Below, piece by piece: positions 36,561 through 45,840 of a DNA stretch of 64,000 bases. Source of the stretch: Verrucomicrobiota bacterium (GTDB lineage Bacteria > Verrucomicrobiota > Verrucomicrobiia > Chthoniobacterales > Chthoniobacteraceae); contig JBEBAG010000288.1 in NCBI GenBank assembly GCA_041159065.1, positions 380 to 64,379 on the forward strand, written 5' to 3'. A program made the position numbers and the translations under genes. Position 1 is the stretch's first letter; every line of letters begins with the position of its first letter. The notes beneath the pieces are model-generated. The model was given only the letters and a program-made list of their open reading frames with translations. It searched no databases and was not told the DNA's origin.

Positions 36561-37271
36561 ATGGACTGGTATTACGCAGAAAACGGCGCGCAGGTGGGAC
36601 CTGTGTCCGAGCTCGAGATTCGCGATTTCGTGGCGCAAGGACGATTGAATGGCACTACGCTGGTTTGGAACCAGACGCTGTCGGGTTGGGAGCCGCTCGC
36701 AGTGGCTCTGCCGGAAGTGCAAACCTTGGCAGGGGAGGGGCGGCGAGTGGGAGGGGTGGTCGTTGCGGATGCCGACAAGGATCGGATGGTGCAGCGATTG
36801 CGGGAAGGAGCGGAGGAAGGCTTGGGGACAGAGGTTCGTTATGGAGGCTTTTGGTTGCGTCTCATGGCGAAGATTTTGGACGGAGTGATCCAGCAGATCC
36901 CCATGTATTTCATCAACAAAGGCATCGCCTCGGCGTGGGGTTTGAATCCGTCCGCGGTGGCGAGTCTCGAACAGGGGTCGGAGGTGTTCATGGTGATTGG
37001 GGTGCAGATGTCGGTTGGACTGGTTCTGGGGTGTTTGTACAGCGCGCTATTGAACGCGCGTTTTGGGGCGACCCTTGGGAAAAAAGCCTTGGGTTTACGC
37101 GTCGTGACGGAGAATGGAGCGAATCTTTCGATCGGGCGGGCCGTGGCGCGTTACTTTGCCGAGATGCTGAGCGCCTTTCTGCTTTTTATTGGTTTTTTGA
37201 TGGTTGGTTTCGATTCGAAAAAGCGGGGGCTTCACGACCGAATTTGCGCCACGTTCGTGGTGCGCTCCTAG
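36561..37271 (+). CDS. GYF_2 (DUF4339)-domain / RDD-family membrane protein
   Basis: N-terminus MDWYYAENGAQVGPVSELEIRDFVAQGRLNGTTLVWNQTLSGWEPL (GYF_2 pattern). C-terminal RDD pattern RYGGFWLRLMAKILDGVI ... GLRVVTENGANLSIGRAVARYFAEMLS ... KKRGLHDRICATFVV. Confidence 0.8.
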   Translation: MDWYYAENGAQVGPVSELEIRDFVAQGRLNGTTLVWNQTLSGWEPLAVALPEVQTLAGEGRRVGGVVVADADKDRMVQRLREGAEEGLGTEVRYGGFWLRLMAKILDGVIQQIPMYFINKGIASAWGLNPSAVASLEQGSEVFMVIGVQMSVGLVLGCLYSALLNARFGATLGKKALGLRVVTENGANLSIGRAVARYFAEMLSAFLLFIGFLMVGFDSKKRGLHDRICATFVVRS

Positions 37272-37318
37272 AAGCGTTTCAAGGGAGGTGGTCCCGGCTG
37301 ATTTGCGCCTGATTGCTC

Positions 37319-37939
37319 ATGCACCCGGTGGAGTGTTTTTTTTGTTGCGGCCCCTTTTTCCTGGAGGCGGAGCTGGCCCCGGATCGTGCAACGTGTGGGC
37401 GTTGCCGGAGAACATCCTGGGTGACGGTTTTTCCCGCGTTCCGGGGGCTTCCGTCCGATCAGCCACCGGCGCTTTCGGAGGAGGCGCCTCCTCCCGGCGA
37501 GGGAGAGGCGGTGTGTTTTTATGCTCCGCACCGGCGTGCGACCCATGAGTGCGGCCACTGCGGGGTCATGATCTCTCTGGCATGGGTTGCGCACTGGGGG
37601 CGGAAGGTGGTGTGTCTGAAGTGCTTGGAGCACTTGCGAGCGAAGGGGCGGGACGTGCAGTTCCAAACGCGGGTGCCTTTGTGGGAGCATCTGGTGCTTT
37701 GGCTTGCCCTGGTTCCTTTGACGCTCGTGCTTTACTGGACTGTCTTTGTGACCGCCCCGGCGGCGGTGTTCCTAGGATTGTGGAAGTGGAATGCGCCGCG
37801 GAGCATCGTGTCACGCTCACGTTGGAGGTTGGTGGTGGGCCTCATTCTGGCAACGATCCAGATTCTGGCGGTGATTTTCCTGATCTATTCAGCCGTCCAG
37901 ACTACCAAGGCCGGCGGAGCGGCGTGGACGCGTCGTTGA
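37319..37939 (+). CDS. Cys-rich (zinc-ribbon plus B-box-like) membrane protein, unknown function
   Basis: The track ORF starts at TTG 37313; the first ATG is at 37319 (MHPVECFFCCG...). CFFCC..x14..CGRC, then CFYAPHRRATHECGHC..x17..CLKC. These are followed by hydrophobic segments (WEHLVLWLALVPLTLVLYWTVFVTAPAAVFLGLW, WRLVVGLILATIQILAVIFLIY). Confidence 0.6.
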   Translation: MHPVECFFCCGPFFLEAELAPDRATCGRCRRTSWVTVFPAFRGLPSDQPPALSEEAPPPGEGEAVCFYAPHRRATHECGHCGVMISLAWVAHWGRKVVCLKCLEHLRAKGRDVQFQTRVPLWEHLVLWLALVPLTLVLYWTVFVTAPAAVFLGLWKWNAPRSIVSRSRWRLVVGLILATIQILAVIFLIYSAVQTTKAGGAAWTRR

Positions 37940-37955
37940 AGGGAGTCCCTCGCGT

Positions 37956-39083
37956 ATGAGAAAACAAATGGGAGAGTATCGGTATCTTGCGGGAAGCCGC
38001 CGCGCGAGGGGTACGCTCTGGGAGGGGCCCGACCACCTGTTGTATGTGGAGTGGACGGGATTCCCGACGATTTTGCACGAGACGCTCAAACGGCTGGATT
38101 ACCGGAATATCCTGGCGGTCACCTACGCCAAAACGCGCTGGGGATGGGTGCATGCCGCCTGGCTGGGACTCGCGCTTGCAGGGTTCGGATGGAAGGCGAT
38201 GACGGCATCGAATTTCGGGGCTCGGTCGTTTTATCAGATTCTGAGCGGGGCATTTTTTCTGGGCCTTTTGGTTCATGTCTTCCGGGGGCCGACGTGCGTT
38301 TGTACGATCCAAACGGCGGTGGGCGTGCATCGGATCAGAGCGTTGCGCCGTGTGTCGGCGGCTCGGCTTTTTGTTCGCCGTTTGAGCGAGCTGTGTTTGC
38401 TGCATCAGGGGGGGGAGGAGTTGCCGCTCTCCGTGCTCGCCTCGGGGGAGTCCGATTTTAGGCGGGGATGGGCGCGGGATGGTCAGCGCAAGCCCCCTGT
38501 ATTCTCGGGGTCGAGGCTGGTGGTTCTCTCCCTCGCAATGTTGGTGTTGAGCGGGGTGCTTCTGGTGGCCAAGCCGTTTAGCCAGAGCGGGGTTTTGTTT
38601 TGGGGTATTCTGGTATCGGATTTGGCGGGGGGGATTCTGGTGTTGGCGGCGCTTGCCCGAAATGCTCGGTTTTCATTGCCTCGCACACTCCGTGGGGCGC
38701 TCTGGACCGGGACGGTGCTCTCTGCGGTTCACGGCGTGATCGGCGTGGTAATCTACTTGTGGATGGTGACGGCCTCGTTTGTGTCGGCCGGACGCGAGGG
38801 CAGAGCGCCGACGCCTCTCGGGAATGTTGGAGTTGACTACTTGGAGGAAAGTTACCGGCGGCTGCATGGGTTGACTTTTTTGGAAATGGGAAAGGCAGGT
38901 TGGATTCTAGTGGGGTTGGGGGTGGCGCATGCGGTGGTGGGTTTGCTGGGGCTCGGGTCCCTCTGGTTTGGAGCGCCCCGGGTTTCCGGAGGCGAGGGCG
39001 AGGGAGGGCTTCGGATCCCGCCTCCCCTGCCTGACGGGGTACCGGGACGAGGAGCGGCACCTGGGGAGGAGGGGCTCCTGTGA
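37956..39083 (+). CDS. polytopic membrane protein, unknown function
   Basis: 375 aa, 16 nt after the preceding gene. Soluble N-terminus of about 55 aa (YLAGSRRARGTLWEGPDHLLYVEWTGFPTILHETLKRLDYRNILAVTY), then at least 6 hydrophobic segments and a Gly/Pro-rich tail. No family recognised. Confidence 0.6.
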   Translation: MRKQMGEYRYLAGSRRARGTLWEGPDHLLYVEWTGFPTILHETLKRLDYRNILAVTYAKTRWGWVHAAWLGLALAGFGWKAMTASNFGARSFYQILSGAFFLGLLVHVFRGPTCVCTIQTAVGVHRIRALRRVSAARLFVRRLSELCLLHQGGEELPLSVLASGESDFRRGWARDGQRKPPVFSGSRLVVLSLAMLVLSGVLLVAKPFSQSGVLFWGILVSDLAGGILVLAALARNARFSLPRTLRGALWTGTVLSAVHGVIGVVIYLWMVTASFVSAGREGRAPTPLGNVGVDYLEESYRRLHGLTFLEMGKAGWILVGLGVAHAVVGLLGLGSLWFGAPRVSGGEGEGGLRIPPPLPDGVPGRGAAPGEEGLL

Positions 39084-39421
39084 ACGGTCCTGCGCCTGCA
39101 GGGGCTGCGGTAGGGCTGAAGGCGGCCTGCCTGAATCACACAGGGCGTGAGGTGGCTGCGCGATGCATGGGGTGTGGGAAAGGGTTTTGTCGGGAGTGTG
39201 TCACCCCTTTTGAGAGGCGGATGTTCTGCGTGGGATGCCATCCGAGCCGCGCGGGGGCGGAGGCCAAGGCGAGGCGAGACGTGTGGATGATCTTTTCGAT
39301 CGTGCAGGTTGTGGCGGGGGGTCTGTTGCTCTGGTGGAGTGCTTATCTATTGGGATGGTTGCTGATGCGAATTCCCGCGAGTTTTCACGAAGGAACGATC
39401 TGGAGCCGTTTTAGCGGCTGA
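39080..39421 (+). CDS. B-box-like zinc-finger membrane protein, unknown function
   Basis: The GTG start overlaps the previous stop (GTGA 39080-39083). CLNHTGREVAARCMGCGKGFCRECVTPFERRMFCVGCH, then a hydrophobic hairpin WMIFSIVQVVAGGLLLWWSAYLLGWLLM. Confidence 0.6.
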   Translation: MNGPAPAGAAVGLKAACLNHTGREVAARCMGCGKGFCRECVTPFERRMFCVGCHPSRAGAEAKARRDVWMIFSIVQVVAGGLLLWWSAYLLGWLLMRIPASFHEGTIWSRFSG

Positions 39422-39447
39422 ACGAAGCGGCGATTTCGGGTGAGGAG

Positions 39448-41130
39448 ATGAACAACGCGCGCGCTGACGAGGGCCTTTCGATGGAGCCGATCCGGATGCT
39501 GGACGAAGCCACGGGATTGTTGCGGCGCTGTGGGCCTTGGCCTTGGGTGTGGTGGGTTGCCAGTTCGGCGCCGTTCGCGATCGGTCTATTCCGTTTCATT
39601 CACGACATGGCGCGATCGGCCACGGCTCCCGAGCGGATCACGGGGGCCGCCTTGAAGTTGGCGCTCTTGTACTGGGCGATGAAGGTGGGGCAGGCGTTTT
39701 TTGGGGCCGCCTTGCTGCGGACGCTGCGGGGTGGGGGCGAGCGTGGTTCCCTCTCGTTGGGAAGCGTTGTGCGGTTGGTGTGTGCGCTCGCGTGGATTGC
39801 GAGCACCCTGCCCTGGGTGCTGGGAGTATCGCTGGTCCTGATGGCCCCCTTCGGATGGGCCTTCACGGCCTACCACAACGCTTCCATTTTGGCGGTGGAG
39901 GTGTTCCAGAGAGGGGGGCGGATGCGGGACCTGGTTCGGCTGGCTGTCGGGGAGTCCCATGACCGGTGGCTTCAAAACCATCTGGTGATCACATTCTTGG
40001 GGATTTTTGCGCTGATCGTATGGCTCAACCTCCACGTGGGCTTGGGGCTCGGCGCGGCGCTGCTCAGCGTGGTGTCAGGGGAAGAAAACGTGCTGACGCG
40101 TAATCCGGCGATGCTGCTGGGAACCCCGGTTCTCGCCGGGACCGTGCTCGTTTCCTACTTGCTGGTCGGCCCGTGGGTGCGGGCGGTTCATGCGTTGCGT
40201 TGCTTCCGGAGTCTTTCGAAGAAAAACGGGGAGGATCTCCGGATCGCCTTTCGCCGCGCCGGTTCTGGTTTGGCAATTGCGGGAGTGGCCGGACTCTTGT
40301 GGTTGGGTTTTCCGGGAGCGCTTGTGGCTGCCGATGCAGCGGGTTCGCGGGCTGAGCGCGGGGCGGCCCCGGCTCCTTCCCGGATTGCGCCGGAGCGGCT
40401 CGAGCAAGGGATTCGCAGGGTGCTGGAGGAGGAGAAATTCCACTGGCGCGTTCCCGGCTCGGCGCGTGCGGAGCGTGAAGCCAAGGGGGCGGTGGGGGCT
40501 TTTTTTTCGGACATCGCCGACTGGATTTTGGAGTCGGTGCAGCGGCCGATAAAGAGGGGCTGGCAGTGGCTCAAAGAGTGGGTCGACCGGCTTTTCAAGG
40601 ATCCCGCCCACCGGCGCTCGGGGAGGGAGGGGTGGAGCCAACGTGTGCCGGTGACGCTGAAAGTCTTGAGTGGATTGATGGTGGTCCTGCTTGGGGTGGG
40701 CGCAGTGGTTTGGTACCGGCGCCGGCGGCGGGGGGAGGTGGTGCCGACGGTTTCCGGCGCGAGTTTTATCAATCTGGAGAGCGGGGAGTTGGTCGCCTCG
40801 CAATTTCCCTCCGAGGAGTGGCTGCGCCTGGCCGAAGCAAAGGTGGCGACGGGCGAACTGCGGCTTGCGATGCGTGCTGTTTTTTTGGCGACGCTGGCGA
40901 TTTTGGGGGAGCGGAAGTTGGTGCGGATTGGGAAGTCGAAGTCGAATGGGGACTATCTGCGGGAGCTTTCGGCGCGCACGCGGGATCGGGTGTGCCTGGG
41001 GGAGTGGTTCCGGGAGGAGGTGCGGTTTTTCGACTGGGCATGGTATGGATGCCACGAGGTGAGTTGGGAAAATTTCGAGCGTTTCCGGGCGAATCATCAG
41101 CGGATTATGGACGATGCAACGGCGAAGTAA
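39448..41130 (+). CDS. polytopic membrane protein with DUF4129-like C-terminal domain
   Basis: GAGGAG 3 nt upstream of ATG 39448. Multiple TM segments in the first 300 aa or so, and a late TM LSGLMVVLLGVGAVVWY. C-terminal ...ILGERKLVRIGKSKSNGDYLRELSARTRD...FFDWAWYGCHEVSWENFERF matches the DUF4129 pattern as I remember it. Confidence 0.7.
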   Translation: MNNARADEGLSMEPIRMLDEATGLLRRCGPWPWVWWVASSAPFAIGLFRFIHDMARSATAPERITGAALKLALLYWAMKVGQAFFGAALLRTLRGGGERGSLSLGSVVRLVCALAWIASTLPWVLGVSLVLMAPFGWAFTAYHNASILAVEVFQRGGRMRDLVRLAVGESHDRWLQNHLVITFLGIFALIVWLNLHVGLGLGAALLSVVSGEENVLTRNPAMLLGTPVLAGTVLVSYLLVGPWVRAVHALRCFRSLSKKNGEDLRIAFRRAGSGLAIAGVAGLLWLGFPGALVAADAAGSRAERGAAPAPSRIAPERLEQGIRRVLEEEKFHWRVPGSARAEREAKGAVGAFFSDIADWILESVQRPIKRGWQWLKEWVDRLFKDPAHRRSGREGWSQRVPVTLKVLSGLMVVLLGVGAVVWYRRRRRGEVVPTVSGASFINLESGELVASQFPSEEWLRLAEAKVATGELRLAMRAVFLATLAILGERKLVRIGKSKSNGDYLRELSARTRDRVCLGEWFREEVRFFDWAWYGCHEVSWENFERFRANHQRIMDDATAK

Positions 41131-42478
41131 CCAACCTGCGGGGAGTCGTTTGGGGTGGATCGTTCTGATCGCCATGCTGGTGTTTTTCTGCGTCGGATTG
41201 GCGCGCTCGATGCACGACCGGTTTGCTCTGGGCGATCACTACCCGGCCTACTCGAGTGCGCGTGCTGATCCGGTGGGAACGCAGGTGTTGTTTGAGTCGC
41301 TCGAGCGGCAGGAGGGCCTGGAGGTGAGTCGCAATTTCTATGTCGATTTCTCCAAGCTGCGCGGGGAGCCGGGCCGCACCCTGATCCTGGCGGGGCTCAA
41401 TACGCTGAGGTTTGGGAATGCAGGATCTTTGGATACGCCGGCTCTGCTCCGTTTCGCCCAGGATGGAGGGCGTTTGGTGATCGCGCTGGATCCGGTGCAG
41501 GGGGAGGAGTCGGGTTCATCCCACTCGGGGCGTGGAGGGGCAACGGAGAAAAGCAACCCCTCCGACTCAGGGGCCTCCCAGCGCCGGGAAGGCAAGTCGC
41601 GGCCCTCCGAGGAGAAGCCCCCGCGCCGACGCAAATTCACGAGCCTTTCGGAGGCGCTGGATCTGCCTGCCTCGGGAAGGCGGTTTTTGTTGGGGCCCCA
41701 TTCGGGAGACGTGCTGGTGCCGGAGGAGGCTTTTGCTTCGGTTTTGGGGAAGGCGCCGCGCTGGTTTGGGTATGTGAATCTGGGCGGAGCGGAAGGCGTG
41801 GAGGAGGAGAGGCACGAGAGCGGGCCTGGCGTGACGGAGGGGCGTCCGGGGTTGGGTCGGCCTTGGAAGGTGATTGCGCGCCATCAGCGGCGTGTTGCGA
41901 TTGCGGAGCGTTGGATCGGCAAGGGTTCGGTGGTGGTATGCTCGGATCGCTATTTTTTGAGTAATGAGGCGCTTTGGAAGGAGCCCGCTCCGGCGCTCTT
42001 GAGCTGGCTGATTGGACCGGCCAGACACGTGATTTTTGAGGAGACGCATCTGGATAAATGGGGGTGGTTGGGGGATGCGGACGGGGTCATGAGTTTGGTG
42101 CGGGCGTACCGGATGGAGGGGCTTATTTTCGGAGGGATTTTGCTCTTCGTTCTGATGCTTTGGCGGAATGCCTCGAGCCTGGTGCCCGCCGGTGGGTCCG
42201 AGGACGGGGATGGGGACGGGGGCGAGGTGAGTGCGGTGGAGGGGCGGGGGATGAACTCGGGGCTGGAGCTCTTGCTGCGCCGCGGAATTCCCTTTCCACG
42301 CCTTCTGCAACGGTGCTTGGAGGTGTGGGAGTCTTCCGCAGCGCTATCGCGTCGGGTGCCGGAAACGCGGCGTCAGGCGGCGCGGAAGCTTGTCCAAGAG
42401 CCCTGCGGTGCGGAGGACGGAGTGAAGGCGTATGGGCGCGTTCGGGATATTCTGCATGGAAGAGATGGAAAACTTTAA
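41114..42478 (+). CDS. DUF4350-like membrane-anchored protein
   Basis: ATG 41114 overlaps the preceding gene by 17 nt. N-terminal TM LGWIVLIAMLVFFCVGLA, then YPAYSSARADPVGTQVLFESLERQEGLEVSRNF (typical DUF4350 opening), and a second TM near the C-terminus (LIFGGILLFVLMLW). Confidence 0.7.
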   Translation: MQRRSNQPAGSRLGWIVLIAMLVFFCVGLARSMHDRFALGDHYPAYSSARADPVGTQVLFESLERQEGLEVSRNFYVDFSKLRGEPGRTLILAGLNTLRFGNAGSLDTPALLRFAQDGGRLVIALDPVQGEESGSSHSGRGGATEKSNPSDSGASQRREGKSRPSEEKPPRRRKFTSLSEALDLPASGRRFLLGPHSGDVLVPEEAFASVLGKAPRWFGYVNLGGAEGVEEERHESGPGVTEGRPGLGRPWKVIARHQRRVAIAERWIGKGSVVVCSDRYFLSNEALWKEPAPALLSWLIGPARHVIFEETHLDKWGWLGDADGVMSLVRAYRMEGLIFGGILLFVLMLWRNASSLVPAGGSEDGDGDGGEVSAVEGRGMNSGLELLLRRGIPFPRLLQRCLEVWESSAALSRRVPETRRQAARKLVQEPCGAEDGVKAYGRVRDILHGRDGKL

Positions 42479-42491
42479 TGGAAAATAGGTT

Positions 42492-43457
42492 ATGAATGAA
42501 ATGCTGGAGGAACTTCAGGGTACGCTGCGGGAAGCGAGGGAGGAGATCGCGAAGGTGATCATCGGGCAGCAGGCGCTCGTTGATCACTGTCTGATGGCGG
42601 TTTTCACACGCAACCACGTGTTGATTGAAGGGGCGCCTGGGGTGGGCAAAACCCTGCTGGTGCGGACGCTTGCGGGAGTGTTGGGGGCAGACTTTGGACG
42701 AGTCCAGTTTACCCCGGATCTGATGCCGGCAGACATCACGGGGACGAGTGTTTTCAATCTGAAAGAAAACGAGTTTCAGCTCGTGAAGGGGCCGATTTTC
42801 ACCAGTTTTCTGCTGGCCGATGAAATCAATCGAGCTCCAGCCAAGACGCAGGCTGCGTTGTTGCAGGCGATGCAGGAGCGGCAGGTGTCGATCGATCATC
42901 AAACGCACTCGCTCGCTCCGGAGTTTACGGTTTTTGCGACGCAGAATCCTGGGGACTACGAGGGAACCTATCCGCTGCCGGAGGCACAGAAAGATCGGTT
43001 CATGTTCAAATTGCGCGTGGACTATCCAAGCCGCAGCGAGGAGTTGGATCTTGCGGCGAGGTTGTTGGGGGAGGGAGCCCCGGAGCGTGTGTTGAGCACG
43101 GGAGGGGTGCGCGCGGTGCTTTCGGCGGAAAAGATTGCTCGGATGCAGCGCGCTTTGGAGGGCGTGGTTCTGAGCACGGAGTTGCGGGAGTACGCGGTGG
43201 ATTTGGTGCGGGCGAGTCGTGAAAGTGAGGCGGTGCTCGTGGGGGCGGGTCCCCGGGCGACGCTGGCGCTGGTGCTTGCGAGTCGGGCGCGCGCCGCATT
43301 GGAACAGCGCGACTTTGTGACGCCCGACGATGTCCGTGCGCTCGTGGAGCCGATTCTGGGGCACCGTCTTTTGTTGCGTCCGGAGTTTGAGATTGAGGGG
43401 CTGACGGTGAGCGAACTGGTGGGGCGGATTTTGGAGCAGGTGCCCGTGCCGCGTTAG
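42492..43457 (+). CDS. moxR: MoxR-family AAA+ ATPase
   Basis: Walker A EGAPGVGKTLL, Walker B/sensor FLLADEINRAPAKTQAALLQAMQERQVSI, FTVFATQNPGDYEGTYPLPEAQKDRF, C-terminal PDDVRALVEPILGHRL. No hydrophobic segment. Confidence 0.92.
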   Translation: MNEMLEELQGTLREAREEIAKVIIGQQALVDHCLMAVFTRNHVLIEGAPGVGKTLLVRTLAGVLGADFGRVQFTPDLMPADITGTSVFNLKENEFQLVKGPIFTSFLLADEINRAPAKTQAALLQAMQERQVSIDHQTHSLAPEFTVFATQNPGDYEGTYPLPEAQKDRFMFKLRVDYPSRSEELDLAARLLGEGAPERVLSTGGVRAVLSAEKIARMQRALEGVVLSTELREYAVDLVRASRESEAVLVGAGPRATLALVLASRARAALEQRDFVTPDDVRALVEPILGHRLLLRPEFEIEGLTVSELVGRILEQVPVPR

Positions 43458-43459
43458 CG

Positions 43460-44818
43460 ATGGCTTTCGTTCCTTCGAAGCGTCTGCTGTGGGGGGTGGC
43501 CGTCGGGGTGATGCCGGCCTGGCTTTGGCTGGGAATGACCGGGGTGTCTTCTGGTGTCCTGGTGCTGGGGTTGGGGAGCGTCGCGTGCTTTGCGCTTTTG
43601 GATGCACTGATGTCCCTCCGGGATTTGGACGGGGTGATGGTGAAAGCCGAGTCGATGGTGCGGGTGACGCGAGGGGGGCGTTTCGCCTGGAGGTTGGAGT
43701 TGGAGGGGGGCGGTGTGCGCGGCGGGGTGATGCGTTTGGGGATCGCTTTTCCCAAGGCTTTGAAGTGTGAGACCGAGGTGATGGAGGTTTGCTTCGAGGC
43801 GGGGAAACCGCGTGGGATCTTCCGCTGGGAGGGGCAAGCCTTGGAACGTGGGTCTTTTGAGATTCGGCAGGTGTACCTTGGAAAGCCCTCGAGGGTAGGA
43901 CTTTGGGAGATTCGAAGAGAGGTGCCAGTCCAGTGCGAGGTTCGGGTGTATCCGGACCTTTCCAGGCATCGAGACGTGCTGGCCCCCCTTTTTCTGCGGC
44001 GTGCGAGTCCCGGGATTCACTCCGTCCGGCAGATTGGTCGGGGCCGGGAGTTCGAACAGCTGCGCGCCTATGTTCCTGGGGATGGGTACGAGGACATTTA
44101 TTGGAAGGGGACGGCAAAACGGCGCTTCCCGGTGACGCGCGTGTATCAGACGGAGCGAACGCAGGAGATTTATGTGGCGGTGGATGTGTCGCGTCGGAGC
44201 GCTCGGGTGCTGGAGGGAAGCGGCTCCGGGGCTCAGACCGGAATGGTGGAGACCCAATGTGATCGGTTTCTGCAGGCGGCGCTGGTACTTGCGTTAACGG
44301 CATCCCAGCAGGGGGACCGGCTGGGGTTGGTGACCTTCAGTGATCAGGTCCACTCCATGCTGCCTGCGAGCGGCGGTAGCGCGCATTATGCGGCGTGCCG
44401 GGAGGCGTTGTATGCCCTGCATCCGAGGCGGGTGAATCCCGATTATGCAGAATTGTTTACGCAGATTGGGAATCGCGTCCGGAGGCGCTCTTTGGTGATC
44501 GTGCTGACGGATCTGGGGGAGGCGTGGTTGGCGGAGACCTTTCGCGAAGCGGTGCGGGAGTTGGCGCGGAAGCATTTGGTGCTGGTCCACTTTTTGGGTT
44601 CGCGGGAGGCGTCGCCTTTGTTTGGGCGCGAGGACGGGTTGCCGGATGCCGATGCCCTGTACGGGAGACTGGCTGGGCACATGGTATGGAGCGGCTTGGA
44701 GAAGACGGCGCGGGAGCTTTCGCAGTGGGGTGTGCACTTGGTGCGCAGTGACGAGGAGCGGTTGGTGGCGGAGGTGGTGTCGGAGTATTTGAAGGTGAAG
44801 AAGCGGCAGATTTTATGA
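43460..44818 (+). CDS. DUF58 domain protein (vWA-like MoxR partner), N-terminally membrane anchored
   Basis: Starts 2 nt after the moxR stop. Two N-terminal TM segments. DUF58 hallmark GREFEQLRAYVPGDGYEDIYWKGTAKRRFPVTRVYQTERTQEIYVAVDVSR, then a vWA-like LVTFSD...VIVLTDL. Confidence 0.88.
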   Translation: MAFVPSKRLLWGVAVGVMPAWLWLGMTGVSSGVLVLGLGSVACFALLDALMSLRDLDGVMVKAESMVRVTRGGRFAWRLELEGGGVRGGVMRLGIAFPKALKCETEVMEVCFEAGKPRGIFRWEGQALERGSFEIRQVYLGKPSRVGLWEIRREVPVQCEVRVYPDLSRHRDVLAPLFLRRASPGIHSVRQIGRGREFEQLRAYVPGDGYEDIYWKGTAKRRFPVTRVYQTERTQEIYVAVDVSRRSARVLEGSGSGAQTGMVETQCDRFLQAALVLALTASQQGDRLGLVTFSDQVHSMLPASGGSAHYAACREALYALHPRRVNPDYAELFTQIGNRVRRRSLVIVLTDLGEAWLAETFREAVRELARKHLVLVHFLGSREASPLFGREDGLPDADALYGRLAGHMVWSGLEKTARELSQWGVHLVRSDEERLVAEVVSEYLKVKKRQIL

Positions 44819-45840
44819 TTGTGGATCTGAAGGCTTTTTTGGCGAAGGAGGAGCCCTCGTGGCACGAACTGGAGCGTGCTTTGGACGCATTGGATGCGAA
44901 GACGCTCGATTTGGGTCGGTTGGAGGAAAGCGAGCGTCTGCTGTTGCTCTTTGAGCGGGCCTGTTCGGATTTGGCGAGGATGGGGGAGGGGACGAGCGAA
45001 CCGCAGGCGCGCGCGTATTTGGAGGCTCTGGTGGCTCGGGGATATGCGGAGATTCACTCGGGGAGTGGGGGCGGGCGTCCGATTCGTCCGTGGCGGTGGC
45101 TGGTGGTCGAATTTCCGCGCGCCTTTCGCCGTCACGCTTGGGCGTTTGGATGCTCGGTGTTGCTCACGGTGCTGGGGATGCTGGTCGGGGCGATCCTTTT
45201 GGTGGTCAGTCCCGAGGGACGCCGAGTGGCGACGGCGCCCTTCGCGCATGTGGCGTTGCAGTCTCCCTCGGAGCGTGTGGCGAGCGAGGAAAAGGACGTC
45301 GGGCATCATCGGAAAGCGTTGGAGGGGAGTGCCTCCCGATTTTCTGCGCAACTGATGAAGAACAACATTTCCGTGAGTATCAAGGCCGCCGCCTTCGGCA
45401 TGACGTGGGGAGTGGGCACGGCGCTCTTGCTGTTTTACAACGGGGTGATTCTCGGGGCGGTTTGCCTGGATTACGTGCTCGACGGGCAGTCCGTTTTTCT
45501 CGCGGCGTGGTTGCTTCCGCACGGCTCGTTTGAGATTCCTGCGATCCTGATGGGCGGGCAGGTGGGGCTGGTCTTGGCGGGGGCGTTGGTGGGGTGGGGA
45601 ACGCGTGAAGGATTGCGGACTCGTTTGCGAGCCGTGGTGCCGGACGTGGCCACGCTGGTGGGAGGACTTTCGTTGATGTTGGTGTGGGCGGGATTGGTGG
45701 AAGCCTTCTTCTCCCAGTATCATGCGCCGGTGATTCCGTACTCGGTGAAGATCGTGTTTGGAGGAATCGAGTGCGTGCTCCTGGTTGCGTTCCTTGCGTG
45801 GAGTGGTCGTCAAAAGCGGGATGGGGAGGAACAAGGATGA
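44815..45840 (+). CDS. SpoIIM/DUF95-family membrane protein
   Basis: ATGA overlap with the DUF58 stop. FSAQLMKNNISVSIKAAAFGMTWGVGTALLLFYNGVILGAV and LLPHGSFEIPAILMGGQVGL are characteristic SpoIIM-like blocks. Confidence 0.8.
   Translation: MIVDLKAFLAKEEPSWHELERALDALDAKTLDLGRLEESERLLLLFERACSDLARMGEGTSEPQARAYLEALVARGYAEIHSGSGGGRPIRPWRWLVVEFPRAFRRHAWAFGCSVLLTVLGMLVGAILLVVSPEGRRVATAPFAHVALQSPSERVASEEKDVGHHRKALEGSASRFSAQLMKNNISVSIKAAAFGMTWGVGTALLLFYNGVILGAVCLDYVLDGQSVFLAAWLLPHGSFEIPAILMGGQVGLVLAGALVGWGTREGLRTRLRAVVPDVATLVGGLSLMLVWAGLVEAFFSQYHAPVIPYSVKIVFGGIECVLLVAFLAWSGRQKRDGEEQG

Noticed and set aside
42123-44303. 726-aa minus-strand ORF across the moxR/DUF58 genes
   Set aside because: It is antisense to genes with Walker A/B and DUF58 hallmarks. 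The translation is Pro/Arg/Ser-rich and lacks any motif.
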